Part shown: in pieces, positions 24,883 to 36,103 of the stretch
Position numbering within the stretch: position 1 is the first letter of the stretch
Layout: each line of letters opens with the position of its first letter
The notes under the pieces: model-generated
What the model saw: the letters and a program-made list of their open reading frames with translations, nothing else
Told to the model about the DNA's origin: nothing
The model's database searches: none
Assembly: GCA_001929475.1 (NCBI GenBank)
Contig: LXFE01001513.1
Span: forward strand, 1 to 39,797
Direction of reading: 5' to 3'
DNA length: 39,797 nt
Source of the DNA: Neolecta irregularis DAH-3
Lineage: Eukaryota
Translations under genes and position numbers: made by a program

Positions 24883-25535
24883 CTAAAAGAAATGAGTCAT
24901 ATGCAAGGCTGGTAGCAGTGGATGCTCCTTCTGCCATTCAGCAAGAATATCCTCAACCTCCCCATCCACATCCACACTCGCTTCCATCTGCTGCACCAGT
25001 TCCAGGATCGCCTGTCCTCCCACCACCGCCTCCTCGTGATTATCCTTGATATCCACATTGATTACATGCACCAACCGGTTCTTCTCTCCGCTCCGGTTCA
25101 CCAGGTCATCGCACACTGCGTCAAAGCACCGCTCTTCGCATGTTATCACAATGTCAAAGCTTTCATTCATATTGTGCCACCGTTCAGGCGCCGTCTTAAT
25201 CTTGCGGTTGCGGTCCAGCATACTTAAAAGCCCGTTTGCAGTATATCTGCCGTCAGCGTAAGCCACCCACAGATAACATACAACCGCTCGTCCTGGGCTT
25301 GCAGATCTTCATACATTTGGTTGTATGGCGTGCCAAACGGATAGTTGTTTGGCCGGTCAATCGTCGGACCGGGTAAACGAACCATAGATCCCGTACCAAA
25401 TGATCGTACCTCATATCCCGCCTGCCTATTTCTATCAACATATGGTCTGCAACAGACAGATTACTTCAATACACTATGCGCCTCCATGCTCCGATTCTGA
25501 TTGCTCGCGCAGACTGTCGCGATGTAGGTAACCAT
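24883..25535 (-). CDS. SSU72: RNA polymerase II CTD phosphatase Ssu72
   Basis: MVTYIATVCASNQNRSMEAH (CX5R active site), RSFGTGSMVRLPGP, ITCEERCFDAVCDDL, INVDIKDNHEEA. Two short introns. Confidence 0.96.
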
Positions 25536-25602
25536 CGTGTCGTTAACCGTCGTAGGCGGAAATGACGCACGGAACACTTGACCTCCAAGAAGTTTCTCTC
25601 CA

Positions 25603-26092
25603 ATGACCACACCCATATTCCGTGACTATGCTTATCCCCCATCGCATCCCCTGCATCTCCCTCACTCCTCTTCACATCGCTCTGATCCGAACCCTTCAAA
25701 CACCAACGACACAGTTCTAGAAGAAGACGACGATCTAAGCGAAGACGAATACCCATACCGGAGAAAAGCGATCGCACTTTTCGATTTCGAGCCAGAGCAC
25801 GAAACAGAATTTGCGCTCAAAGCAGGTCAGACTATGTGGATCAGCCATAAGCACGGCCAGGGATGGCTTGTCGCGGAAGATATTAAGACCGGCATGTTCA
25901 CCTTTTGCCGCCAGCGTATACGCTAATCATCCGGCAGGACTCACGGGCCTGGTGCCTGAGGAATACGTCAAACTATCCGGCGATGCAGAAAGCGAATGGG
26001 AAGATCTTGAGGACGACGACCAGCGTCCTGGAGACAAGGAAACGAGGACTGCAGCACCAAAGTCTCCTTCCATTGCTACTGCATCGAAATAA
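25603..26092 (+). CDS. NBP2: Small SH3 adaptor, Nbp2/Skb5-like
   Basis: N-terminal FRDYAYPPSHPLH motif, acidic tract, SH3 KAIALFDFEPEHETEFALKAGQ...GQGWLVAED..TGLTGLVPEEYV across a GC-AG intron at 25892-25937. Confidence 0.8.
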
Positions 26093-26247
26093 GTCTCGCT
26101 CTCGTTAATCTTCATGTTTTTTTTCTGGGTTTCAGCGGCTTGTACCTTTCTTCATTTTAATGCTCATCCTAAAGACTACGGGAGAGTTTTTGTCTTAATT
26201 ATTTTCTTTTGTATATTTATATCAGGCAACTCGGATTCTGTATAGGC

Positions 26248-26269
26248 GAGAGAGAGAGAGAGAGAGAGA
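26248..26269. repeat. (GA)11 microsatellite between convergent genes
   Basis: Read directly from the sequence. Confidence 0.95.
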
Positions 26270-26308
26270 TCACGGACTCGAAATAATAATACTTTATTTC
26301 ACAACTAG

Positions 26309-28015
26309 TTAGAATAAAAGGTCGCCGGTTGCGCCTGATGGTTTCTCCGCCGGAAGGGCAGAAGAGGAAGCGTTATTTGCGGTGCTGGAACAAGTGCTCG
26401 CCATTTCCCAGATACCCTCGCTCGCCTGGTTTTTGGCCATTGTAGCCATGCTGACAGTAGGAGCGCATTCTTTCTTTTTGCCTGCCGCTGTGCTCCACAA
26501 GTCTCCGAATGCATCGTTTGGCTTAGATTGCAGAGGTGTTGATTTCGTTAAAGGTGTTCGTTGCGGCTGCTGCCTCGGTGCGGTGAACCCAGACTGAGCA
26601 AATGCTGGCGGCTGAGTAAAAGTTGAAGTCTTTTGTGCCGGGAATGATAATGCAGGACTGGTATAAACGGTGCTAGACGGCTGTATAAGTTGGGAGGCTC
26701 TGAATGACGCAACATTCAAAGAGCCTAGTGACGCAGGAACCGTAAATGACTGAATTTGACTTGGTGGAAACTGAACTTGACTTGCTGGCAGTGGAGCGGA
26801 CTGGAACTCGTCAAATTCATCATCGTCATCACGATTCGTAGCTTTTTGACCTTGAAAATCACCGCTCGTTGTAGTTTTAGCTGGACCTTCGTCTTCGAAT
26901 GAGAAAAGATCAACTTCCGGTCTTGTTGGTTTACTTGTTCTTCGAGTCGTCGTTGGCGATCTGGTAGCAACACTTTTAACACCACCGTCGTCATACTCAT
27001 CATATTCCTCAAACTGTTTAGTATTTCGCCTTCCGTCGTCTTTGTACGTCGAAGAACTTGTTCCCGCTGCTCCTTCGCCTAGATCCGTTATTCATGTCAA
27101 TGATATCTGATTAGATACTATATCCCCCTCCAAAATATCGATCGCTGCTAAATCCTCCATATCGACTGCTGCTGTCCCCAAACCCAGCAGAACCTTCTAT
27201 TCCGCCCAATCGGTCGTTACCGACTCCAGTATACTTGTTCTTTGTGGCTTTTGCTTTTCGACGTTCTTGTCTGATCGAGTCGACATCGGACAATAGTTCG
27301 GAAAGTTCTTTGGCACGGTTACGTACTGACGATCAGCTCCCAACAATCACAAAAGAACCATTGATCCCCTGATCTTTGGCTTTCTCATCCACGTAGTGGA
27401 AATTTTTGAGCATTTTGATCATGGAGATGTGAGATCGAGCGTCGTCCACTACTCTCTCGGAACCATGCTTGACTAGAAACTCTAAAAGAACGAGAGCCTT
27501 GTATATCTGTCGCCATTCTTCGGCAGATTTATCCGTAAACCTCTGGTTGAGTTAGTACTACTTCTCATTAGTTTTAGAGTTACCTTGTATATCATTGGCA
27601 TAATTTCATTGAAATAAGTGCTGCAAGTAAGAAAAGCGACCCAGTTGGACGCGTACTAGTTGTATGTTCCAGCAGAGATCTCCTGATAATCGATTAAAAT
27701 GAACATGTAATGCCGGGGGATATACATTCATTAACGTCGATGAGGCTCCCCAAGGATCTCCATTCGTTGCTTCCCTGACCTACCAAAAAATCAACAAAAT
27801 CCTTTGCATAACCCAACTTTTGCCTCCATCTCGGTGTAATTCATAACCACTGCAAATGTCAACTTTACCCTTTGAACAATCAAATTATTACCATTCTGGA
27901 CTTTCCGAGCGACATCTTTGACTTGGTAAATCTACAGACGTTAATTCTCCGGAACGCGTCCAAAAATTCCTACGTCTATATTTTTGACAGTGTTCATCAA
28001 GGACTCGAGATTCAT
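26309..28015 (-). CDS. ENT3: ENTH-domain epsin-related adaptor Ent3, many small exons
   Basis: MNLESLMNTVKNID/IYQVKDVARKVQNVVMNYTEMEAKVREATNGDPWGASSTLM; EEWRQIYKALVLLEFLVKHGSERVVDDAR; acidic-Phe motifs DDDEFDEFQSA and NDAFGDLW; ends GDLLF*. Confidence 0.92.
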
Positions 28016-28743
28016 TTTTTGACAAGGATCGAGAGGGCAAGGGATATCACTGAGGAAAGGTGTGTTGATGTATCACGTTTCGGAAACATGCGCGACCGAA
28101 TATGACATTGAGATGGCAGGTACGTACGTGACTTATTTCCAATTATTCGCAAAAAAATAGTTTTGAATTTTCATATGCTTCATTTCTTTTAATGTACTCT
28201 TCTCCATCCTTTACTGGACATTTGGAAAACCAGTTGTCACATTGAGTGATTTGGTTGCACATCAATCCGACTGCAAAATCACGTTTCCGAGAAAATAAGA
28301 TCTAACGGTATTCAGCTTTGTTTTTAGTATGTGTTTACTGTATTCGTGTTCAAGAGTCACTCAGAACACTAAGCTTCAACGTTTACTGGAATAATCATAG
28401 TCAACAAACGTGGACTTGCTCTAAATGACAGATTACAACTGGTCGCATGCCTGGTTCAAATTTGTATTACCAATGGTCGGATCAAAGCGACCGCCAAGTA
28501 CTTCGAAACAGAATTCGAAAAAGACATGCCAACTCACCATTCCCAAACACGTCTCGTTATTCAATCTGTTCAACAGCTTAGAAATAGACGTGCTTTTTTG
28601 TGCATTGGTCCACGAAAGCATAAAGGAACCAATAGCATCGTTACTCTTGTATTTTCCATGTTCACACTCCGCACTGGATACCATTCATTTGATTTTTATA
28701 TCATATCATGTCCGGGGCAGTTGTTCATGAGATCCCCAGAAAA

Positions 28744-30718
28744 ATGGGACAATCTTCGTCGTGGATATCTGTTCCGTTACTCCTTGTTCCCTCGTTCTCG
28801 AAATCTGATGATGCGAGATCATCTACTTCACGCTCTATTTTCTCTTTTCGAACCGCTTTTCGAAAAGGAAGTTCGGATAGTGACAGTGTAAAGACTTTAC
28901 TTCCCAACATCGAGGAGGAAAGGCAGTACGGTGATCTACGATTTCGAATAAAGGGTTTGAAAGAACAACTGAGTGATGCCAATAAGAAAATCTTTGAAAA
29001 CGAGGGGTTAATTCAACGATTGATGGTGTGTGGGTGTCTTTATCGTTGTGAAACTTAGCTCTTTAGGGGACACAGCGAGATCCAGACATAGACTCTCAAT
29101 TCTCCAAAATGAAGGATGAATTACTTGAATCTCGTGCCGTGCGTAGTATACTTGGCCAAAGATTTTAATATCTAGCAAAGCCGCTTAATGGAGCTCGAAG
29201 CTGTTCGATTGAAAGCAGAGAAACAGGAAACCGAGGTTGAATTGCAAAAGACACGAGAGCAAAACTTGAGGCTCGAACAAGAACTTGCTTCACAACAACT
29301 CTCAACTGAGAGAGTTTGCCAGCAAATTGTTGGTCTTCTTGAACGAGTTCAAAAGTCATCAGAAGGCGAGGATTGTTCATTGCAAGAAAAGGAGCATTTA
29401 CAAAAGAACAATCAAGAACTTCGAGACCAGATAGCATCCTGGAAATGCAGAGTATACATTCACAATATTGTGCCTCCCTTACTCCTTAGTATTCCAAAGT
29501 TAAAACTCAGCTTCGTCATTTTCGAGGTTTGTTGATAGTTGTTACCTACTTATGGTCTAGCGAATTCGTCCTTTTTTACACAATCGATGATGCAAAACCT
29601 TAAGACAGAAGATTCCCCATTTCTTTCTCCCACAGGCCAAATTGACGATATCAATGTCACATTGTTTCAAATGGCCATCGATGAGATTCTTGTAACTGCT
29701 CGAGGTCTGCATCCTTCAGAAGTCCTTGACTCTATCAAAGGAGTCGTTTCTGCAGTTCATGCTCTCAATAAGAATCTCGATGCTGCAATCCTCACTGACA
29801 ACTCTGATCGACTTGCAAAGTTGAGAAGTCGTATGAGTGCAACCGCGAATAATCTCACGACAGCTGCAAAGAATTATGTGACAGCAAGTGGCCTTTCTCC
29901 AGTCTCGTTATTGGATGCTGCAGCAAGCCATTTAACGGCTACTGTCATTGAAATCATAAAGATTGTTCTGATTCGTGCTACTACTACCTTGACGCCAAAC
30001 CAGGATATATCTTCTGATGAAGAGGAAGAAATTGGATCATCGCCAAAGGGCTGTCCATTTGAACTTCCAATTAAACCTCCAGTATCAGTTCGGTCAATCA
30101 ACTCGCTTTCGAATAACGCTTTATTGAGAAGCAGAAGTCTTGATTCCCGGAGAACACATAGTACAAAACCTAAGAATCAAGCTCATGTTGCATTAGACCG
30201 AACGGTATCGCTTAGATGCACCCGGTCTCAGAATACAATTGATTCCAGGCTTGCATCTATTAATCTTCGTCCGAAAGCAAGTCGCGAACTGAGAACATTT
30301 CTGGTATTACAGACTTTTTCCATTGTCGATATCACCAAAAAGCTGGTATTGCAGATTCGTGGAGATACTGTTATTCGAGAACTGTTGACATACATGAGTG
30401 GTACGGCGCATCTCGTGTCTGGTGTCGTGGAGAAAGCATGTGTTATAACCAATGGAGACAACTCCTTGTCGCAAAGTTTTAAATCGGTGAACGGTGAAAA
30501 GGTTGTCGACCGCCTTGCGAATCTTGGGAGACATCTGGAGATGATGAAGCATTCAGCGGATGAATTTGGAGATGATGTAGTGGATCAATTGTATAAACAA
30601 GAACTTGCTGGTGTTGTGTCCGATATTATGAAAATGATAAAGGTATGAGTAAACAAGAGTTTTACTAATGATGCAGGAACTCGGAAGATTGGTCAATGGG
30701 CTAGAGTTTGAAAAATAA
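28744..30718 (+). CDS. Spa2-like paralogue lacking the N-terminal GIT/SHD-I repeats
   Basis: Coiled coil, then [75 protein letters not shown] and YKQELAGVVSDIMKMIK/ELGRLV. All align by eye to SPA2 at 21103-23739. Five short introns join in frame. The start codon is uncertain. Confidence 0.82.
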
Positions 30719-30955
30719 ATCTGCGAAAAGTCAAATTTTGTCTAATGGGTATAAAGTGTAATTATATCTAGAATAAAAAGAAGTGCCTGCGTCATCAATA
30801 GAAGGGCAGAAAAAAAGATATATTTTTATCAATATATTACAGTTTGAACATTTATCAGCAAGTTCATGCTATGAACTATTGTCATATAGAAGACTTTGAG
30901 CCCCGTGAACATCGAAAAAAGGTCAAGAGCACAAGCCGCGAGTCAATTCTGGCAC

Positions 30956-31014
30956 AGATCATATGTCCGAGCATATGATCTTAGGGTTTAGGGTCCCTAA
31001 CCCTAACCCTAACC
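30956..31014. repeat. 10-bp hairpin followed by inverted interstitial telomeric repeats
   Basis: AGATCATATG-tccgag-CATATGATCT (30956-30981), then TTAGGG TTTAGGG T CCCTAA CCCTAA CCCTAA CC (30981-31014). Confidence 0.9.
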
Positions 31015-31308
31015 TTGTTAAAATACAAGACTAGCTGAGATTCTTGTTGTAGCTGACGGAAATTACGGAGAAGACTTTACCCCGTATATATATTAACGTT
31101 ACAGCTACGATTTCATGTATATATATCTCATTACAACGCGAATTTCACAACTCCAACATAATTATACTATCCAGCAAAGGAACTTCTTCATCACTGTATT
31201 TTAGAGACATGTTTAAAGGAATGCTTGCATATTTTGAGTAGTTGCAATTGTGGCAGGTTGGTGAAGTCCCTCAATAATTTCGCAGTCCTGCCGAAAAACC
31301 GCTAAAGA

Positions 31309-32284
31309 ATGATTCGCCCTGCCCTTAACTTGCTCTCACGAACATATACCACTACTTCAAAAATGGCCAATTGGTAGCCCACTCCTTCAATATATTCCAT
31401 AAAACTGACCCATTGAGCTTCTTCGATGTGAGCGTAAATGGGAGCCCTTTGGGTCGAATCGAGATGTTTGCCAGTCTTGTGAAAATTTTGCAGTGCTGAC
31501 GTGGCCTACAGGAAACTTTACGACGATGTCACTCCTCGGACTGCTGTATTTGTCCCCATTTTCTTTTAGCTGTATTGACACTTCAGGCAAACTTTCGTGC
31601 CTTGGTAAGTCTCTGCGATGGCGTTCATCTGGTGCTCATCATGCAGTGTACCGGAGAAAAGAGTCTTCACTATAAGGGTTCACTCTTCCACAGAGTGATC
31701 CCGGGATTCATGTTGCAAGGCGGTATTCTTCATATGGTATCACTTTCGATACTAATAAGCAAGGGGACTATGAAAATGGCAATGGAACTGGTGGAAAATC
31801 CATCTATGGCGCAAAATTCCAAGACGAAAACTTTATCAAAAAGCACACCACGTATGTCAACTTTCTTCCTCTGGGCAATGATGCATGAAATGATTTAATG
31901 AGCCTGAAAGACCATTGGGTCTGTATGTTGTCATTCTTTTACATGAGCCCATCATAATCCATGCAATTTATTGGAATATTACTTACATCCTCAGGTCAGG
32001 CTTGCTTTCCATGGCTAATGCTGGACCAAACACCAACGGATGTAACTACATTTTCCTATGTCTGTATTGACCCACATAGCCCAGTTTTTCATTACCACTG
32101 CCGTCACCTCCTGGTTGGACGGGAAACACGTTGTTTTCGGCGAAGTAGTCAATGGTTTTTGCAAAAACTTGTCTTTTACTGATGATCTCAAGGTATGGAT
32201 GTCGTGAAGAACATTGAAGGACGAGGGAACCAGAATGGAAAGACCAATGGCGCCATCACGATTGAGAACTGCGGTACTCTCTAA
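31309..32284 (+). CDS. Cyclophilin A-type peptidyl-prolyl isomerase, 9 exons, with a possible mitochondrial presequence
   Basis: Spliced: [113 protein letters not shown]. In-frame ATGs at 31309 and 31363. Confidence 0.95.
31872..31951 (+). ncRNA. Intronic box C/D snoRNA predicted to guide 18S rRNA Am100 (snR51/SNORD57-type target)
   Basis: Terminal stem TGGGC/GCCCA, C-like box ATGATG (31878), D' CTGA (31904-31907), internal stem AGACC/GGTCT, C'-like ATGTTG, variant D box ATGA (31943-31946). Guide TGATTTAATGAGC is complementary to conserved 18S GCUCAUUAAAUCA. Confidence 0.88.
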
Positions 32285-32599
32285 AATGATCTATACAGAT
32301 GTGAAGACACATATTCAGTATGTGTTGATAAAAATATATTTCGATGTCTAGAGCGGTATGAAAAAGAGATCACTTGTTCTTTGCGATTTTACTATGTGAA
32401 TGTGGATGTGTATACTGTAAATGTCTTGGTGATACAGTAAGCATATCGCGTGCTGTTTGTTTTTAATAAGCGAATGCCTATTCACCACCAGCTGCTTTTC
32501 TGCATTTCCCACCTCGGTCCTCCTTCACCATATTTTCGCCTCGAGTCCCTTTATACGGCGCTTTTTGTAGTTGCTAAAAGGAGATTCTGTGACAAAACA

Positions 32600-34533
32600 A
32601 TGAAGCAGGAAACAACAACCCTTGATTCCGAAAACGAGACTCCCTCTCTCGATAATACCCTCCGAGATAGATGGGAATATGTCGACATTCGGAAAGCATC
32701 TGTCGATACACCTTTTTTTGAATTAAAACGAAAACCCATCAAGGTGTGTCATAGCGTGTTAGGTTTAACTGACTAAAGCTGATTGACAACCCGGTCAAAG
32801 CCGCACCTCCTAAACCCAAGAAAACGTCTTCTACTTTGACCGCAAAAGCAATTTCTCGGTACATAACTATAGAGACTGAAGGAGTATCGGCCAAGAAACG
32901 GACTACAAGAAAGAAGAAAGCTGAAGCTCCCTCGATTCCTTTGCTTAGTCCAACTTCTGCTGCTGCAAGGATAGTAACAGATAATCTCGTTTTCGACCCA
33001 GATTGCCAGTCTCAGCCATCCATGAATGTGATGAATACCTCTAGATTGAGCAAGTCAAACAAGACATCGATATGGGACGTTGGAAGTCACGCAGAGGATG
33101 GGGATTTGTTCATTTGTAGCCAGCCCATCAAAAAGCATGACTATAAGAGGAGAAAATCAAACGAGAGCGAATCTATTCCCGAGGAAGTTCCTTTAATTCG
33201 ACAATCTTCACCAAGGAGGAAGGAGGTCATTAGAGTGCTCGTTTCAGATGATATATCCTCGAGCGATGACAATTTGCCATCACTAGCAGAATTTTTGGCT
33301 ACCAAGAAACACCAGAATAGCAGCAATAACTCTTCCGGTAAACTAACGAAACCGGTCATCATTGAAGTTTTGGACAGTGAAGACTCTCAACAAGGTTTAT
33401 CTTCCTCGCGAATTGTAACTGCATCGTCGGGCAGTTTGCCTATTACGAAACCAGCTCATTCATCCCTCGAGCAGGGAAATCTTGAATTGACACCACCTAA
33501 AAGACCCGTAAGCCGGTCCCGCAAGAATCATATTGTCGATAAATTGGACAAATCTCCACAACCTTCAAAGAAATCACCAGGTCGCCCCCGAACTAAATCA
33601 CCTAAATTACTTGTGCCGGTGCACAAACCCCCGATAGATGAAGACATAATGGCACGAGAACGGCTGCGGTCAAGCTCACCAGAAGTTATCGAGATCCTTG
33701 ATAGCTCGGGTGATCAATCTGAAATTATCTGTCTTGCTTCCCCTAACATTTCAAAGTCTCGTAAACAGACTCGAAAATCCCGATCCCCAGTTCCGGTCAC
33801 AATCGAAAAAGACCTGACAGCTAAAACAGTCGTTGTATCATCTCCGCCTCGGGGTTGTCCGAAAATCTCCTTACCATCCTCCCCAGTCACATCTTCAAAT
33901 TCTCTACACACAGATTTGGGTATTCTTACAATCCAGAAGAAAACCAGTTCCTCCAGTTTGTCGAAAAAAGGCAGAATTTCAAAGCCAAAGACCAAAACTC
34001 CACCCAAGAAAGCTCCTGCAAAGCGTAAACCGACAAATAAACAAATTTCTGCGCCTGTTATGCCTCCTCCTAGCGGAGTACCCAATTACACCGGCTTCAC
34101 CACTGCCCAACTTCAGGTATGATGTACTTACTCGTGAGTAAACGCTGAACTACAGACCAAGTTCTCGAGTTATGGATTCAAGCCTACAAAATCTCGACCT
34201 AGGATGATTTCAAAGTTGACCGAATGTGATCTAGCGATGTCTTCTCAGTCACAAATTAGTAATTTCGAGCCGCCAAAAGATCCAGAAACTCTCCTCGCTG
34301 AAACAGCAGTCAAGATTGAAGATGTCTTGAAAGAGCAAGTGTCTCCCGGTGAAGAAGATTGGTGGGGTAAAATTCTTCGATATACGCCTGTTGTTCTTGA
34401 AGATTTCCAAGACTGGTTGAAAGGAAAAGGCATTGATGCTAGTCCTGATGTATTGAGAAATTGGTGTGATAAAAGGAGTATTTGTTGTGTTTTGAAGAAA
34501 ACATGGAGGGGTCGTGGGAGAAAACAGATTTGA
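32600..34533 (+). CDS. SLX4: Structure-specific endonuclease scaffold Slx4
   Basis: LLSPTSA motif, long S/P/K-rich disordered region, SAP-like PNYTGFTTAQLQ/TKFSSYGFKP..SRPRMISKLTEC, C-terminal domain WWGKILRYTPVVLEDFQDWL...LRNWCDKRSICC. Confidence 0.88.
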
Positions 34534-35369
34534 AAAAGCTTGGCGAACACATGAAGGACTTTTCGGTATTGCAGGTTTTTGGCGCAACTCTAAAAGGATA
34601 TTGCCTTGTGCTTTTCCGTCAGATATAGTAACTCTTGTAAATAACAGGTATGTGATATTTGATATATTTGACTGCTAAATTGTTTATCGAATGATGTATA
34701 ACCTGTATTTTGCCACATATATACAGTCCGGAAACCCATTTTGCATCGCTCAAGTCTCTTGACCAAAGGTTTATAGAATAAGAGTTTGTATTGTTCCTTT
34801 GATCGGTAAATAGCGGACAGGATCCATATTTTTCAACAAAATACTTTCGTAAAGGTTGATGGAGAGGGTTACTAACAAAGTCGATACAGGGTATGGAAAT
34901 TCCTTGTGTCAAGACATAAGTAAGAGGAAACACCCTGACATAAATTTGGGCCGAAACCACTTTCTTTTGAAATTAGGTTGGCGAAAAATCCCAAAAGAAT
35001 ACAGATTCCCCAATGTTAGCATAGTTTCTTGCTGTATACTTGCTATAATCCATTCAAAATATAGAAATCTTTTTAAGAAATATGTTCAACCCGTATCTGT
35101 CGATATACCATTAACTTTCAGGTGATACGTCGTTGAAGGTTGAGATCCAAAAAAAAGAAAACTTGTTCTAGGCTCAATTCTCATCCGTGCAAACATATTG
35201 GATGACGCAGGATAAAAGGAAGCCATCTTCAAAGTTTGTGGGAAAGAAGATTTTGATAGCGATTACAAAATTTGATTTTGAGGGAGCGAAGGTTTGAAGA
35301 TTTGTTAGAGGAAAGATTGTGAAGAAAGAGGTGCAGCAAGCAAAGTATGATTTTGTATTTACAGAGCGT

Positions 35370-35714
35370 TTATCGCTGAGCACTCCAAACACTGAAGGGT
35401 TAGACTTGTTCCAGCGAAAAGGAGAAGGTACCCCTTGATGATATTATCCTCTGTAGCTAATCGATTGATACAATCATCACTTTCTCCTTTCATTCTCACA
35501 GATCCTGAAATATTATATGTGGTATTTTGCCCTGGAATAGCTTGGCCGTTGTCATCCACGTCGCAGATGGAAATTTGAACTGAAGCATGATCTTTTGCCT
35601 GAATCAGACGGCTGGTCGCCGAGCTGTGGAGTCGGAAGCTTGATCTACCAAAAAAACAATATACCATTTTCTGGGAACGTATAATTCTACGAGTCTGCCG
35701 CTATCGTTTTCCAT
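35370..35714 (-). CDS. RPS21: 40S ribosomal protein S21 (eS21)
   Basis: [34 protein letters not shown]...[11 protein letters not shown]...KG/VWSAQR*. Two introns. Confidence 0.97.
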
Positions 35715-36103
35715 ATTTGTGAGTGGAGATGCGGAAATATGCTTTGGTGGTTAAACTTTGATGAGACTGCTTTTGACGTCCATAATTAACCATTGAATCC
35801 CCTTCCACCTCCAACCTCTACAATTAATATTCACCAACTGCTGGTTTATACTAGGTAGGCTTACTTTTTCAACTTTTGCGAAAGATATCCATGATGTTTT
35901 TAGCATGTATTACCCGAAGCGGACATTCTGTTCGTTGCAAGCGGAGAAATCCAATCCTGACTTTTTACACACTTTTATTGTTTTCTGTGGTCGTACTGAT
36001 ATCTCCCCTAGGATATATGAATCGGTCGCATCAGGATTAAAAAGTAATTAGATCCGTAATTACTTTTTGTTTACTACAAGTTTAACCACCACTTTCATAT
36101 TCT

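Noticed and set aside
30995..31014. Telomerase RNA template
   Set aside because: More than three repeats plus an inverted copy, whereas templates are about 1.5 repeats. The ~590-bp intergenic space is also small for known fungal telomerase RNAs.
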